A DNA stretch of 64,000 nucleotides from assembly GCA_963821335.1 (NCBI GenBank), contig CAWGDJ010000002.1, positions 517,442 through 581,441 on the forward strand, given 5' to 3'. A program made the position numbers and the translations under genes. Under the pieces are notes generated by a model, which saw only the letters and a list, made by a program, of their open reading frames with translations, made no database searches and was not told the origin of the DNA. This document shows positions 27,518 through 38,535 of the stretch, piece by piece (positions within the stretch are counted from its first letter, which is position 1; each line of letters starts with the position of its first letter). This stretch comes from an uncultured Actinomycetes bacterium. Its GTDB lineage: Bacteria > Actinomycetota > Thermoleophilia > Gaiellales > Gaiellaceae.

Positions 27518-28554
27518 GGCGACTCACCGCTCGCCGCCGGCTTGCGTCTGAACGGCTTCGTGAGGAGCTTGAAGAGGTTCGCCATGTCCTTGGGGAACTG
27601 CTGGGCGATCCCACCCGGGGCGGTCAGGAGCACCTGCAGGAGCCCTGCCCCGAAGAGGACCGGGAGGAAGTTCTGGTTGACCCCCCACTGGACGTTCAGG
27701 ATGAACGGGACGAGCTGGTTGAAGCATCCCGCGACGACCGCTCCCCAGAGGCTGAAGATCCCTCCGATCAGCGTCGTCGCGAGCAGAAAGAGCGAGTCCT
27801 GGGTCTGGAAGGGCTCGATCGTGGGCTGGCCTGTCTGGCCGGCGAACAGGCAGCCGGCGACGCCCGCCATGAACGCTGCGAGGCCAAACGCCCAGAGCTT
27901 GTAGAAGACGGTGTTCACGCCGGCGGCCAGTGCCGCCGGCTCGCTCTCGCGGATTGCGGCCCAGGCGCGGCCGGGCTTGGTCCGGAGATGGATCAAAGCG
28001 ATGAGGAACATGATCGCCGCGACGACGACCACGTAGCGGTAGTACGCGGTCCCCTCGTGGGCGATCCCTGGGGTGCGGACGTTCTGGACGCCCGAGAGGT
28101 CGACGAGGTACGTGCGGCCGGTGAAGCCACCCCCGCCGTTCGGGAAGTTGATCGCGCTGAGCACGACGGTCACCGCGCCCGCTGCCATCAGCGTGATCAG
28201 CGCCAGGTAGAGCCCCGAGAGCCGGATCGCCGGGAGGCCGATCAGGAGACCGAACGCGCAGGCGACGAGCCCGCTGAGCAACAGGAGCACCTCGAACGGC
28301 AACGAGGTCGCGTACGAGAGCCGGGCCGCCGTCCAGACGCCGATCACGTAGAGAGCCATCTGCCCGAGCGAGATCAAGCCGACCCGGCCGTAGAGCAGCC
28401 CGAGACCGAGGCTGAGGATCGTGTAGATGCCGACCCCCGTGAACGTTTCGATCCACTGCGAGCTGAACGTCGGCACGAAGAACAGCGCGACCGCGATGAA
28501 CGCGAGGATGACTGCACCTCGGATGGCGTCGCCGCGGGTGATGAGTCCCGTCAT
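27514..28554 (-). CDS. HAAT-family ABC permease (LivM-like)
   Basis: GLISLGQ, RLSGLYLALITL, GRAWAAIRESE; multiple TM segments. Confidence 0.88.
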   Translation of the reverse strand: MTGLITRGDAIRGAVILAFIAVALFFVPTFSSQWIETFTGVGIYTILSLGLGLLYGRVGLISLGQMALYVIGVWTAARLSYATSLPFEVLLLLSGLVACAFGLLIGLPAIRLSGLYLALITLMAAGAVTVVLSAINFPNGGGGFTGRTYLVDLSGVQNVRTPGIAHEGTAYYRYVVVVAAIMFLIALIHLRTKPGRAWAAIRESEPAALAAGVNTVFYKLWAFGLAAFMAGVAGCLFAGQTGQPTIEPFQTQDSLFLLATTLIGGIFSLWGAVVAGCFNQLVPFILNVQWGVNQNFLPVLFGAGLLQVLLTAPGGIAQQFPKDMANLFKLLTKPFRRKPAASGESP

Positions 28555-29489
28555 TACTGAGCCGTCCGCGAGACAGTGACGACGCGGCGGCGCGAGAGCC
28601 ACAGGATCATGACGATCGCGAGCACGAACGGGGCAGCCTGGCGGTAGCGCGTGATCGACTCGTACGGCGCGGCCACGGCCGAGAGCAATCCGACGGCGAG
28701 CCCGCCGACGAGGGTATTCCAGAGCGAGCGAAGACGCCCGATCAATGCGGCCGCGAGAGACGGGATCACGAGGAACGTGAGCTGCGCAACATCGAGCGTT
28801 CCCAGGAGGTCGGGCAGCAGCAGCCCTGCCAGCCCGGCGACGAGCCCGGAACCGAACCACGCGGACGTCTCGACGCGGCGGACGGGGACGCCCAGCATGC
28901 CCGTGACCTCACGGTCGTCTGCGATCGCCCGGTAGGCGGTGCCGAGCTTCGTGTACTTGAGAAACGCGGTCGTGACGACGGTGAGCACGATCGCCAGGAC
29001 CAACGCGATCACCTGCGTCCAGTTCACGACTGCCCCCGCGATCTCGATGCGATGGCTCGACGACGGGAGCGGCAGGGAGCGAGCGAAGGCGCCGCCGATC
29101 GGCGCGCGCCACCCCATCAGCCCGAGCAGGATGAGCGCCAGCCCCAGGGTCCCCATCATCTTCACGAGCGCGTCGCGGCTCGCGAACGCAGAGCCGAAGA
29201 GAACTCCGTAGGCGAGGTTGACGACGCCCCCGAAGAGGACGCAGATCGTGTACGCAAGCCAGTGCGGCCAACTCGTGTGATTGACGATCCAGTAGGCGAT
29301 CAGGGCGCCCGCAGCGCCGATGGCGCCGAACGCGAGGTTGAGCACACCGGTTGCCTGGTACAGCACCACCATGCCGACGCCCGAGAGCGCGTACACGCTG
29401 CCCAGGGCGAGCCCCAGCACGATGTACGGCTTGAAGAACTCCCAGTCGACGCCGAACACCGCAAATGCGACGGTGCTAGACACGGCCAC
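28554..29489 (-). CDS. HAAT-family ABC permease (LivH-like)
   Basis: GLALGSVYAL, GVLNLAFG, TKLGTAYRA. Confidence 0.88.
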   Translation of the reverse strand: MAVSSTVAFAVFGVDWEFFKPYIVLGLALGSVYALSGVGMVVLYQATGVLNLAFGAIGAAGALIAYWIVNHTSWPHWLAYTICVLFGGVVNLAYGVLFGSAFASRDALVKMMGTLGLALILLGLMGWRAPIGGAFARSLPLPSSSHRIEIAGAVVNWTQVIALVLAIVLTVVTTAFLKYTKLGTAYRAIADDREVTGMLGVPVRRVETSAWFGSGLVAGLAGLLLPDLLGTLDVAQLTFLVIPSLAAALIGRLRSLWNTLVGGLAVGLLSAVAAPYESITRYRQAAPFVLAIVMILWLSRRRVVTVSRTAQ

Positions 29490-29534
29490 TCCGGGACACC
29501 CTGATCACCTCTGTCATTCCTTGCGTTGTCTCGA

Positions 29535-30851
29535 TCAGCCGCCCGTGTTGAGCTTGAACTTCTTCTCCCAGACCCGCGTCTGGGCAAGCTCCTTGTCGAC
29601 AGGCGCGATGTTGAAGCACTTCTCCTTCAGGACGACCTTGCCGTCCTTGTAGTCGACGGTGATGTCGGTGTTGTTCGGGATGTGGTACGGGAGGTTGTCA
29701 CCGACGTACCACGGCTTGCAGAGAATGTCCGTCTTGATGTTCTTCAGACCGCGGACGGCCTTGTTGTACGACTTCGCCGTGACCGGGCCCTTGATGCTCA
29801 GGAGGGCGGTGGTGGCGAACTTGCCGTCCATGAAGCCCATCTGGGCGAACGCCTGCGGATCGACCTTCGTGTACTTCTTCAAAACCTGCAGCATCAGCCG
29901 CGTGTCGGGCCCGACGGACGCGTCGAGGAGCTGGAACTCCGAGTTGATGAACAGCTTGCCGTCGAACTCGGGGAACTGCCCCGCCATGAACGTGTTGGCG
30001 ATCGGCGTCGAGGAGCCCCACTTGATCTTGTCGACGATCCCGAGTGCGATCGCCGCCTTCATCAGACCCGGCGCGGTGTCGGGCGTGAAGTTGAGGATGA
30101 TGCCGCCACCGTTGCCGGCCGCCTGGTAGAGCTGCTGCATGTACGTGTTCGCATCGGGGACCGGCGTCTTGTCGGTCGGGATGCTCTTCGCCGGGAGGCC
30201 AGCCTGCTTGGCGAGCGTGAGCGCCGCGCCGTCTGCGTACCCGGCGACCGTCGCCGGCGAGGCGACGACGATCGACTTCGCACCTGCGCGGATGAGCGCC
30301 TGTGCGGCGCCCAGCACGCTGTAGCGCGGGCCCATGTTCGACTCGATGATGTTGGGAACGCCGAAGCACTCGGCCTGCACGCCGGCGCCGACGACGTAGA
30401 AGCCCTTCGACTTGTAGTACTTCCAGTTCGTGCCGCACTCGGTGAAGCTCGTGTTGCCGACGAGCCCGACCACCTTGTCGCTCTCGACGAGCTTCCGTGC
30501 CAGCGCAGCCTGCTTCGACGGGTTGAGGTCGTCGGTGTACCAGACGTACTGGACCGGCCGACCGTGGATGCCGCCGTTGTCGTTGACGCACTTGAAGTAG
30601 CCGTCGACGACCTTCGACATCGTGGTGAAGTCGACGCCCGGGATCAGCATGTTGATGCTGCCGATCTTGATCGGCGCGCCGGTGGCCTTCTTCCCGGTCC
30701 CGAGGCCGCAGATTGACTTGGTCGCGGACGCCGTGCCGGAGCCCACCGGTGCCGCCGCGTTCTGGGCGCCGGTCGCCCACCCAGCCAGGGCGAGCGCCAG
30801 GGCGAACGCGGCAATGCTGGCGACGCCGAGTTTGATCTTCGTCGATCTCAT
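29535..30851 (-). CDS. HAAT-family substrate-binding protein (probably aromatic acids)
   Basis: Signal peptide, then PIKIG and VNDNGGIHGRPV...DD; first gene of the liv-like operon. Confidence 0.85.
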   Translation of the reverse strand: MRSTKIKLGVASIAAFALALALAGWATGAQNAAAPVGSGTASATKSICGLGTGKKATGAPIKIGSINMLIPGVDFTTMSKVVDGYFKCVNDNGGIHGRPVQYVWYTDDLNPSKQAALARKLVESDKVVGLVGNTSFTECGTNWKYYKSKGFYVVGAGVQAECFGVPNIIESNMGPRYSVLGAAQALIRAGAKSIVVASPATVAGYADGAALTLAKQAGLPAKSIPTDKTPVPDANTYMQQLYQAAGNGGGIILNFTPDTAPGLMKAAIALGIVDKIKWGSSTPIANTFMAGQFPEFDGKLFINSEFQLLDASVGPDTRLMLQVLKKYTKVDPQAFAQMGFMDGKFATTALLSIKGPVTAKSYNKAVRGLKNIKTDILCKPWYVGDNLPYHIPNNTDITVDYKDGKVVLKEKCFNIAPVDKELAQTRVWEKKFKLNTGG

Positions 30852-31043
30852 CAGGTCACTCCCTCGATTCTGTCGCTTGATACGGACTGAGCCTTGTGGC
30901 GGTCGAAGCGCCGAGGTGCGCGCCCCGCTGGTCAGGATCTCCTCAAGTGCGTCCTCCTCGTGTCGCCTGCCTCCCGCCTCGGGTGGTTCCATGGCACCGC
31001 TGAGTCAGTCCGAGATGACGCTCGGTCGTCGCGCGCCGCGCCG

Positions 31044-31073
31044 ACCGTACGGTGGTCGGCTCCGAGGAGTCAA
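31044..31073 (-). promoter_or_regulatory. Putative SigA promoter for the liv-like operon
   Basis: Minus strand TTGACT-N18-TACGGT, bracketed by 10-bp inverted repeats. Confidence 0.5.
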
Positions 31074-31214
31074 GCGGTGCCACAGACGATGCCGGTGTCG
31101 CCGATCGACTGCTTCTCACGCCCGTGCCCTCCTTCACGCTGCCGCTGTTGCGCACCCGCTGCTCTGACGTAGAGACGTCCCGAATCGCCGTTTGCTAGGC
31201 GATCGGCGAAGAAC

Positions 31215-31253
31215 GTCCCGGATACTAGACCACTGTCTTGACGGATGGAACAC
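31215..31253. promoter_or_regulatory. Shared operator motif (site C)
   Basis: GTCCCGGATACTAGACCACTGTCTTGACGGATGGAACAC, 33/39 identical to the reverse complement of 2574-2612. Confidence 0.7.
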
Positions 31254-31284
31254 GGGGCGCGGTCGCCGTGCGTCCGCCTAGTCA

Positions 31285-32289
31285 TCAGTGAACGACCCCG
31301 ATCCGCTCGTCGAGAGCCGGCTGGTGCAGCTCGGCGAGCCCGCCCGCGTAGGAGGCCACCCGCGAGCCCTCCTCGAACCAGCTGTCGGGCACCGCATGCC
31401 CCCAGTAGTTGCGACGCCTGGGATCGGTCGAGCTCCACCGAATCGGCTCGAAGTCGGGGTCACCGGTGTAGTAGTCGCCCGTGTAGAGCTCGATGCGATG
31501 ACCGTCCGGGTCGCGCAGGTAGAGAAAGAAGGCATTCGACACACCGTGACGGCCCGGCCCTCGCTCGATTGCGGTCTCGCGGTTCGCGCCGGCGAGGATG
31601 TCGCACAGCCGCACGATGGCCAGCGAGTCCGCCGGCGTGAACGCGACGTGGTGGAGTCGCGGCCCCCAGCCGGAGGTCAGCGCGGTGTCGTGCACCGTCG
31701 GCTTGCGGTAGAGCCAGCTTGCGCAGAGCTGCCCATCGTCGGTTTCGATGTACTCCGCGCAGCGAAACCCGAGCCCGCGGTAGAGCTCGTGCGCCGGGGC
31801 GACGTCCGGCACGTAGAGGTTGACGTGCTCGATGCGCTGGAGCAGCGCGCCGCGCTGTAGGTCGAACCGCTGGAGCAGTCGCTCCGCAGGGCGCATCTCG
31901 TGAAAGAACTCGACCGGGAAGCCGAGCGGATCCTGGACACGGAGTGCCGCGCCCGGCCCCTGACCGAGCTCCACCTCCTCGTCGACCCAGTGCGTCGAGC
32001 AGCCGAGGGCCGCGAAGTGGGCCTCGAGCAATGCGAGATCCTGCGGCTGCCAGACCCGATAGGCGATGTGTCCGACGTGCGGCTCGCCGCCCTGCCGGAG
32101 CACGAGGCTGTGATGCAGTCGCTCCTCGATGGCGCGCAGATACAGCGCGTCGGGCGTCTCCTCGGTCACGGTCAACCCGAGCAGGTCGACGTAGAACTCC
32201 CGGGAGGCGACGAGGTCGGTGACGACGAGCTCGAGGTGCTGGAAGCGCACGATGTCGAACGGCGTCTCGATGCGGCCGGCCTCGATCAC
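31285..32289 (-). CDS. hpaD: Homoprotocatechuate (3,4-dihydroxyphenylacetate) 2,3-dioxygenase, VOC type
   Basis: ERLHHSLVL, WLYRKPTVHDTAL, RLHHVAF, ERGPGRHGVSNAFFLYLRDPDGHRIELY. Confidence 0.9.
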   Translation of the reverse strand: MIEAGRIETPFDIVRFQHLELVVTDLVASREFYVDLLGLTVTEETPDALYLRAIEERLHHSLVLRQGGEPHVGHIAYRVWQPQDLALLEAHFAALGCSTHWVDEEVELGQGPGAALRVQDPLGFPVEFFHEMRPAERLLQRFDLQRGALLQRIEHVNLYVPDVAPAHELYRGLGFRCAEYIETDDGQLCASWLYRKPTVHDTALTSGWGPRLHHVAFTPADSLAIVRLCDILAGANRETAIERGPGRHGVSNAFFLYLRDPDGHRIELYTGDYYTGDPDFEPIRWSSTDPRRRNYWGHAVPDSWFEEGSRVASYAGGLAELHQPALDERIGVVH

Positions 32290-33825
32290 GTCGACGGCCT
32301 GTCCTCCGCGCCGAGCCCAAACCGCGGAATCGCGTGGTCACCCAGCGCGACGTGGATCGTCTGGAGCTCGCAGTAGAACTCGAAGCTGTGCTGGCCGCCT
32401 TCGCGGCCGATCCCGCTCTTCTTCATCCCGCCGAACGGGGTGCGCAGGTCGCGGACGTTCTGTGCGTTGATCCAGACGAGCCCGCTGTCGATCGCTTGCG
32501 CGACACGGTGAGCCCGGGAGGTCTCACCCGTCCAGACGTATGCCGCCAGGCCGTACTCGGTCGCGTTCGCGAGTCGGATCGCCTCGGCCTCGTCCGTGAA
32601 CGGCGTCGCGACGAGCACGGGCCCGAAGATCTCCTCTCGGAAGACGCGGAGCTCGGGCGCAACGTCCGCGAACACGGTCGCCTCGAGAAAGTTGCCCTCG
32701 TCGAGCCCTTCCGGCCTACGACCACCGGCCAGCAGGCGAGCCCCGTCGTCGATCGCCGACTGGACGTACCCGAGCACCCGCTCGAGGTGCTCCGGGCGGA
32801 TGAGCGGCCCGAGCTCCGTGCGCTCGTCGAACGGATCGCCGACCCGGATCGCGCGCGCTCGCTCGGCGACCGCCTGCACGAGGTCCTCGTAGATCGGGAC
32901 CTCGGCGAGCAGCCGCGAGCCTGCGGTGCAACGCTGGCCGTTGAGCGTGAAGATCTGCGCGACGACGGCGTCCACTGCGCGGTCGAAGTCCGCGTCGGCG
33001 AAGACGACCACGGGGGACTTGCCACCGAGCTCGAACGAGCAGCGCTTCAGCGTCGCGGCCCCGTTGGCCATGATCGTCGACCCCGTTGCCGACTCTCCCG
33101 TGAATGCAATGAGGTCGACCCCGGGGTGCGCGACGAGCGCGGCGCCCGCCGTTTCGCCGAAACCGTGCACCACGTTGAACACCCCGTCCGGGAGCCCGAC
33201 CTCCTCGAATAGGCGGGCGAGCCGGGTGGCGGTCAGCGGCGACCACTCGGCAGGCTTGAGCACGATCGTGTTCCCGGCCGCGAGGCACGGTGCGATGCGC
33301 CAGGTCGACAGCATCAGCGGCGCGTTCCACGGCATGATCAACCCGGCGACCCCGACGGGCTTGTGAATCGTGTAGTTGAGGAACTCGTCGCCGACCTGGT
33401 ACGCGTCGCCCGCGAGCTCGGTGACCACCCCGGCGAAGTAGTCGAAGTTGACCGCTGCCCGCTCGGCGAGCCCTCGCATCTGTGCGACGGGCATCCCGAT
33501 GTCGAGGATCTCGAGCTCGACGAAGTCGCCCGCGTGCTCGCGGAGCGCCTGCGCGATCCGCCGCAGGTACGCCGCGCGCTCGCTCGGTCGGAGCCTGGGC
33601 CACGGGCCCTCGTCGAAGGCCGCACGCGCCGCTGCGACCGCCAGGTCGATATCGGGCGGGAGCCCTTCTGCCACGTCGGCGAGCGGGAGGTTGTCGATCG
33701 GGCTGGTCGTCTCGAAGGTGCCACCGGCCAGGCCGAGCGCGGAACTCCCCGCCGATGTAGTGGAGCTGAGGGCCGACCTGGGCCCGGGCGACACGATCCG
33801 CGGCTGCCTCCCGCGGTGCGCTCAC
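32286..33825 (-). CDS. hpaE: 5-carboxymethyl-2-hydroxymuconate semialdehyde dehydrogenase (frameshift near 33735)
   Basis: PWNAPLMLSTW, FELGGKSP, FTLNGQRCTAGSR, NVRDLRTPFGG. The N-terminus (VSAP...HYIGGEF) is in another frame. Confidence 0.88.
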
Positions 33826-35420
33826 TCGGCCAGCCCTGGGGTCGAGCCGGCGACAGCCGCGGGCAGGGCGAGCGCCGCACCGAGATCGGCGGCGACGAGC
33901 TCGGCGGCCCGCTCGCCGATCATCACGGTCGGGGCGTGGGTGTTCCCCGTCGTGACGAGCGGCATCACGGACGCGTCGGCGACGCGGAGCCCTTCGATGC
34001 CGCGCACGCGCAGCTGGGGGTCGACGACCGCGTCGGCGCCGACACCCATCGCGCACGTCCCCACCTGGTGGTGATAGGTGATCGCCGTCCGCCGGATGTA
34101 GTCACGGAGCTCCTCCGGGGTGCTCACGGCCGGGCCGGGATAGAGCTCCTCCTCGGCCCACTCCTCGAGCGCGCTCTGTCGCCCGATCTCACGGCACAGC
34201 TCGACGGAATACGCCATTGCCTCGAGGTCGACGTCGCGGCTCAGGTACGCGGGGTCGATCGAGAGCTCGGCATCCGGGTCGGACGAGCTCAGCCTGAGCG
34301 TTCCCCGGCTGGCCGGGCGCACGAGACCGGCCATCAGCGTGAACCCGTCGGGCGGGCCGGACATGCCCTCGTCCTCGAGGTAGAGCGGCAGATGGAAGAA
34401 CAGCGGCTGGATGTCCGGCCCCGTGAGCCCCGGCCGGCTGCGGGTGAAGAGATGCGCGTGGAGCGGCTGGATCCCGGGCACCGTGGGCGGCACGGGCCGA
34501 CGGGCCGAGAAGATCACGGGCGAGAGCACGTGATCGTGGAGGTTGCGCCCGACCCCGGGGAGGTCGACGACGACGTCGATTCCGAGCTGGCGGAGATGGT
34601 CGGCGTCCCCGATCCCGGAAAGCATGAGCAGGCGCGGTGACTCGACCGTGCCCGCGCAGACGACGACCTCGTGCTCGGCGCGGACGGTGAGCACCGAGCC
34701 GCCGTGCTCGACCTCGACCCCGATGCATCGCGAGCCATCGATGAGCAGTCGGAGGGCGCGTGCCTGGGTGAGAACCGTGAGGTTCGCCGCGTCGAGCACC
34801 GGACCGAGGAACGCGGTCGCCGCGCTGTGGCGCCGACCGTCCTTGACGTTGAGCTGGGCATAGCCGACCCCGTCGAGCTTTGCCCCGTTGTGGTCGTCGT
34901 TGAAGGGGATCCCCGCCTCCTCCGAGGCGGCGACCGCCGCTGCGATCAGGGGATGCGGCTCGTAGTCGGTGACGACGCACAGCGGGCCACCCGTCCCGTG
35001 GTACTCGGATGCGCCACGGTCGAAGTCCTCCGACCGGCGAAACAGCGGGAGGACGTCGTCGTAGCCCCACCCCTCGTTGCCGAGGTACGCCCACGTGTCG
35101 TAGTCGGCGCGGTGGCCGCGGATGTAGATCATCCCGTTCAGCGCGCTCGACCCGCCGAGCACCTTGCCGCGTGGCCAGTGCCGCCGCCGCCCCGCTCCGG
35201 CGTCCTGCGGCGTCGTCCGGTACCCCCAGTCGTCGGGCGAGTCCCACAGCTCGAACAGGCGACCCGGATCGTGGATGGCGGGGTTCTCGTCGAGCCCACC
35301 GGCCTCGAGCAGGAGGACGCTCGCGCCCGCATCGACGAGGCGTCGAGCGACGACCGAGCCGCCCGAGCCCGAGCCGACCACGATCACGTCGACGCTCGAG
35401 GGAAGTCCGTTCTCTGCCAT
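33822..35420 (-). CDS. GMC oxidoreductase (choline dehydrogenase/aryl-alcohol oxidase-like)
   Basis: VGSGSGG, PRGKVLGGSSALNGMIYIRG, VGRNLHDH, YHHQVGTCAMG, GNTHAP. Confidence 0.9.
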   Translation of the reverse strand: MAENGLPSSVDVIVVGSGSGGSVVARRLVDAGASVLLLEAGGLDENPAIHDPGRLFELWDSPDDWGYRTTPQDAGAGRRRHWPRGKVLGGSSALNGMIYIRGHRADYDTWAYLGNEGWGYDDVLPLFRRSEDFDRGASEYHGTGGPLCVVTDYEPHPLIAAAVAASEEAGIPFNDDHNGAKLDGVGYAQLNVKDGRRHSAATAFLGPVLDAANLTVLTQARALRLLIDGSRCIGVEVEHGGSVLTVRAEHEVVVCAGTVESPRLLMLSGIGDADHLRQLGIDVVVDLPGVGRNLHDHVLSPVIFSARRPVPPTVPGIQPLHAHLFTRSRPGLTGPDIQPLFFHLPLYLEDEGMSGPPDGFTLMAGLVRPASRGTLRLSSSDPDAELSIDPAYLSRDVDLEAMAYSVELCREIGRQSALEEWAEEELYPGPAVSTPEELRDYIRRTAITYHHQVGTCAMGVGADAVVDPQLRVRGIEGLRVADASVMPLVTTGNTHAPTVMIGERAAELVAADLGAALALPAAVAGSTPGLAE

Positions 35421-35434
35421 GGCTCCTCCTCCGC

Positions 35435-36671
35435 TCACCCTTGCGCCGGCGAGAGCGAGGCGATGTACGCGGCCGTTGCCTCCGGGCTCTGCAGGTTCGC
35501 CCACTGCCGGTCGGGGTGGTTGAAGTTCTCCGTGAAGTCGTCCGCGAGCGCCGGGTTCTGGGACATGGCGCCGACGAGGCCGAACAGGTGTGGCTCGGGA
35601 GCGGTCATGAAGTTCGTCCAGTCGTAGACCCCGAGCACGAACGGGAGCCTACGCTCGTCGACCTGCCGGCAGAGCTCTCCGTCCAGCGCCGTCCCCTCGA
35701 GGATCGCCTCGCCCAGCACCCACGCCGAGTACGAGGCCGAGTTGGCACCCTGCCCGACGAGCGGATCGACCGTGACGTGCGCGTCGCCGACCGCGATCGC
35801 CCAGACGCCACCGTCGAGCTCGATGGACGACTGGCGGACGGTGGGCGTCACGGCGCCCTGCAGGATGCTGCTCGGGCGCGTCAGCCCGAACGAGGCGGGG
35901 TCGACGCGCTCGAAGATCGGCGGGAAGTGCTCGCGGAGCTTCTCCAGCGCGAGCCGCTCGTAGGCGGCAGGGTCGTCGGCGTACGGCGTGGTCGAGAGGA
36001 CCTCGAGGTCGCCGCCGGGGGCTCCCTCGAACAGCAGCGTGGTCACGTTCCCCTCGAACGTCTGGATCGGGATCTCGATGATCTCGCCGTGTCCCGGCGA
36101 GACGCCGAACGTCACCCCGAGCGGCTCCGTGTAGGCGATCCCGGTGTAGAGCCCGGCGGACAGGTGCCGCCGCGGGGCATCGAGCGAGCGCTCCAGCGGC
36201 GGAAAGAGGGTCGACCATCCGCCCACGCCCCGTCGAGACGACGACGAGGTCGTGCCGGCCTGCGAGGGCGTCGGCCTCGTCGACGCCGACCGCGCCGATC
36301 ACGACCCGGCCGCCTCGCTCCTCGAAGTCCTCGAGCAGCCGTGCCTGGTAGAGCCGGTAGTCGACCGCGAGGCTCGGGGCGCTGAAGTCGCCCGGGAACG
36401 CCAGCGGCTGCTCGCCACCGAAGTAGTGCCAGTGTCGTGCGTAGGAAGGGCCCGTCTCGTCCCAGTGGTTGACGCCGAGCTCGCGCTCGCGCGTGCGTGT
36501 GTGATGGTGGTGCGCGACCGTGTTGGGCAGCCTCCCGGCCCGGACCTCGTCTGCGGCGCGCTCCGCGTAGAGCGTCGGGGTCAGCCCGCGCTGCTGGAGC
36601 AGGAGGGCGAGGTGCAGACCCGCGGTGCCCGCCCCGACGATTCCGATGTCACGACCGTCGCTCGTCGCCAT
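35435..36671 (-). CDS. styA: Styrene monooxygenase oxygenase subunit-like flavoprotein (frameshift near 36225)
   Basis: IGIVGAGTAGLHL, RLPNTVAH, AVDYRLY, ILQGAVTPTVR, GDAHVTVDPLVGQGANSASYSAWVLGE. Split across ORFs 35649..36671 and 35435..36226. Confidence 0.82.
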
Positions 36672-36672
36672 C

Positions 36673-37059
36673 TCAGCCCACCATCGCCCGGGTGACGGCT
36701 GCCGTGTCCGTGAACTGCTCGAAGGCCGTGATCACGCCGTCGTGGACGTGGAAGGCGTGCACCACGCGCGCCTCGAGCGCCCGACCCGTCGAGCGGAACG
36801 TCCCCCGATAGGTTCCGATGCCGACCACGGTTTCGCCACCGTCGACGAGCTCGTCGAGCACCATCGCGAACCCCTCCCACTCGCCCCCGATCTTGACGAA
36901 CACCCCATCGCGAACCTCATCGGGACCGCGATACGTCCCACCAGCGAGCCCGTCCATCTCCGTCCAGGCGCAATCGGGAGCGAGCAGCGCGAGAGCCGCT
37001 GGAAGATCACCGCTCTCGACCGCTCCGTAGAAGCTGCGAACCGCGTCGGCGTTGCTCAC
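36673..37059 (-). CDS. SnoaL/NTF2 (ketosteroid isomerase-like) protein
   Basis: 128 aa with GGTYRGPDEV and FEQFTDT; GGAGG RBS before the GTG. Confidence 0.8.
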   Translation of the reverse strand: MSNADAVRSFYGAVESGDLPAALALLAPDCAWTEMDGLAGGTYRGPDEVRDGVFVKIGGEWEGFAMVLDELVDGGETVVGIGTYRGTFRSTGRALEARVVHAFHVHDGVITAFEQFTDTAAVTRAMVG

Positions 37060-37069
37060 GATGTCCTCC

Positions 37070-38527
37070 TCAGTCGCGTTCGAGGAACGCGCGCACGCGC
37101 TCCTTGTAGGGGTCCCGGTCGTAGCCGGCGACGAGCGCACCCGCCATGCGGACCGGGTCGCCGAAGAAGTAGTACTCGTACAGCTCCTGCCGCCCGGCGA
37201 AGGACGAGAGACAGGCGTCCCACGCGAGGCGGAAGAGCCGCACGCGGTCTGGGCCGTCGAGAGCGGCAGACTGGAGGTACTGCTCGACGTCCTCGCGACC
37301 CGGCCCGAAGACGTCGGCCTCGGTGGGGATCGCCATCAGCCCGCTCGCGCCGAGCTGACGCAGGATGTCCGTGAAGCGCGGATACGTCCGCGGGTACCAG
37401 TTGCGACACGCGTTGAGCGGTGCCCACGCCGGGGTCACCAGCCCGAACCGGTTGGGCTGCGCGTCGACCTCGGCCGTGCGCAGGAGCGCGGCGCACGTCT
37501 CGAGCGCGACGATCACCTCGGCGATCTTCTCCTGGACGTGCTGGAACTGCTCGATCCCGATCGCCTCGGTGAGCAGAGAGACGAGGCCGAGGACGAACTC
37601 CGTCTTGGCCCGCGTCCGCGTGACGACCTGGTGCGTCATGTGGGCGGCGGCGCTCGTCTCGGTGTAGATGCCGTTGCAGAGCTCGGGCTGACCGACGACG
37701 AAGCACCGCTCCCAGGGGACGAGCACGTCGTCGAAGACGACGATCGCATCGGTCTCCTCGAAGCGCGAGCCGAGCGGGTGGTCGAAGTGGCTTCGACCGA
37801 GGTCGAAGGTCTCGCGGCAGAGGAAGCGCAGACCCGGGTGTGTCGCACGGGATGGCGAAGGCGTACGAGTACGGCGCGTCGTCCGCCGTGCCCTTGAGGA
37901 CGGTCGACGGCATCACGAGGATCTCGTCCGCGAACGGCCCGATCGTCGCCAGTAGCCGCGCCCCACGGATCACGATCCCGTTGTCGTTCTCGTCGACGAT
38001 GCGCGCCGCAAGTGTCTGCGACGCCTGCTCCGAGGGCGGGAGCGACCGGTTGGCCTGCGGGAAGATGAGCGTGTGCGTGAGAAGGAGGTCGTTCTCCCGC
38101 ACGTGCTCGTGGTAGCGCGCGGACGTTGTCCGCGAAGCGAGGGTCGTCCTGGCCGAACCAGTCGGCAGCCGCGGCCATCGCCATCACGGCGCTCGAGCAG
38201 TAGTCGCCCGGTCCGACCGAGGTTGCCGAGCGAGTGCTCGGCCCAGACGCGCATCGCCTCGCGCCGACGGACGACGTCGTCGGTCGAAGCCGGCTGCAGG
38301 TGCGACGATCCCGACCGGGTCGCCGGTCGTCGGCGACTGGGAAGGTCAGGACGTCCCGGTGCTCGGACTCGTGCTGGAGGTCGAACAGCTCGGCATAGGT
38401 GCGGACGACATTGCGGAACTGGGGGATCTCCGCGACGCGACCGGTGTGTTGCGGAGCCCTCGACCTCGACCCGGATCGGTCGCTCGTTCAGCGCATCGAT
38501 GTACTCCTGCCCTGTCCGAGCCCCCAT
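37070..38527 (-). CDS. hpaB: 4-hydroxyphenylacetate 3-monooxygenase oxygenase component (several frameshifts)
   Basis: MGARTGQEYIDAL, LGRTG, THTLIFPQANR, GARLLATIGP, HMTHQV, GRQELYEYYFFGDP, spread over alternating frames. Confidence 0.85.
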
Positions 38528-38535
38528 TGCGCCTC

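Noticed and set aside
30992-31082. Sigma-54 promoter suggested by TGGCAC
   Set aside because: No TTGC -12 element at the required spacing on either strand.
37070-38527. Programmed frameshifting in hpaB and neighbouring genes
   Set aside because: There are too many shifts and no consistent slippery motifs. Sequencing error or decay is simpler.
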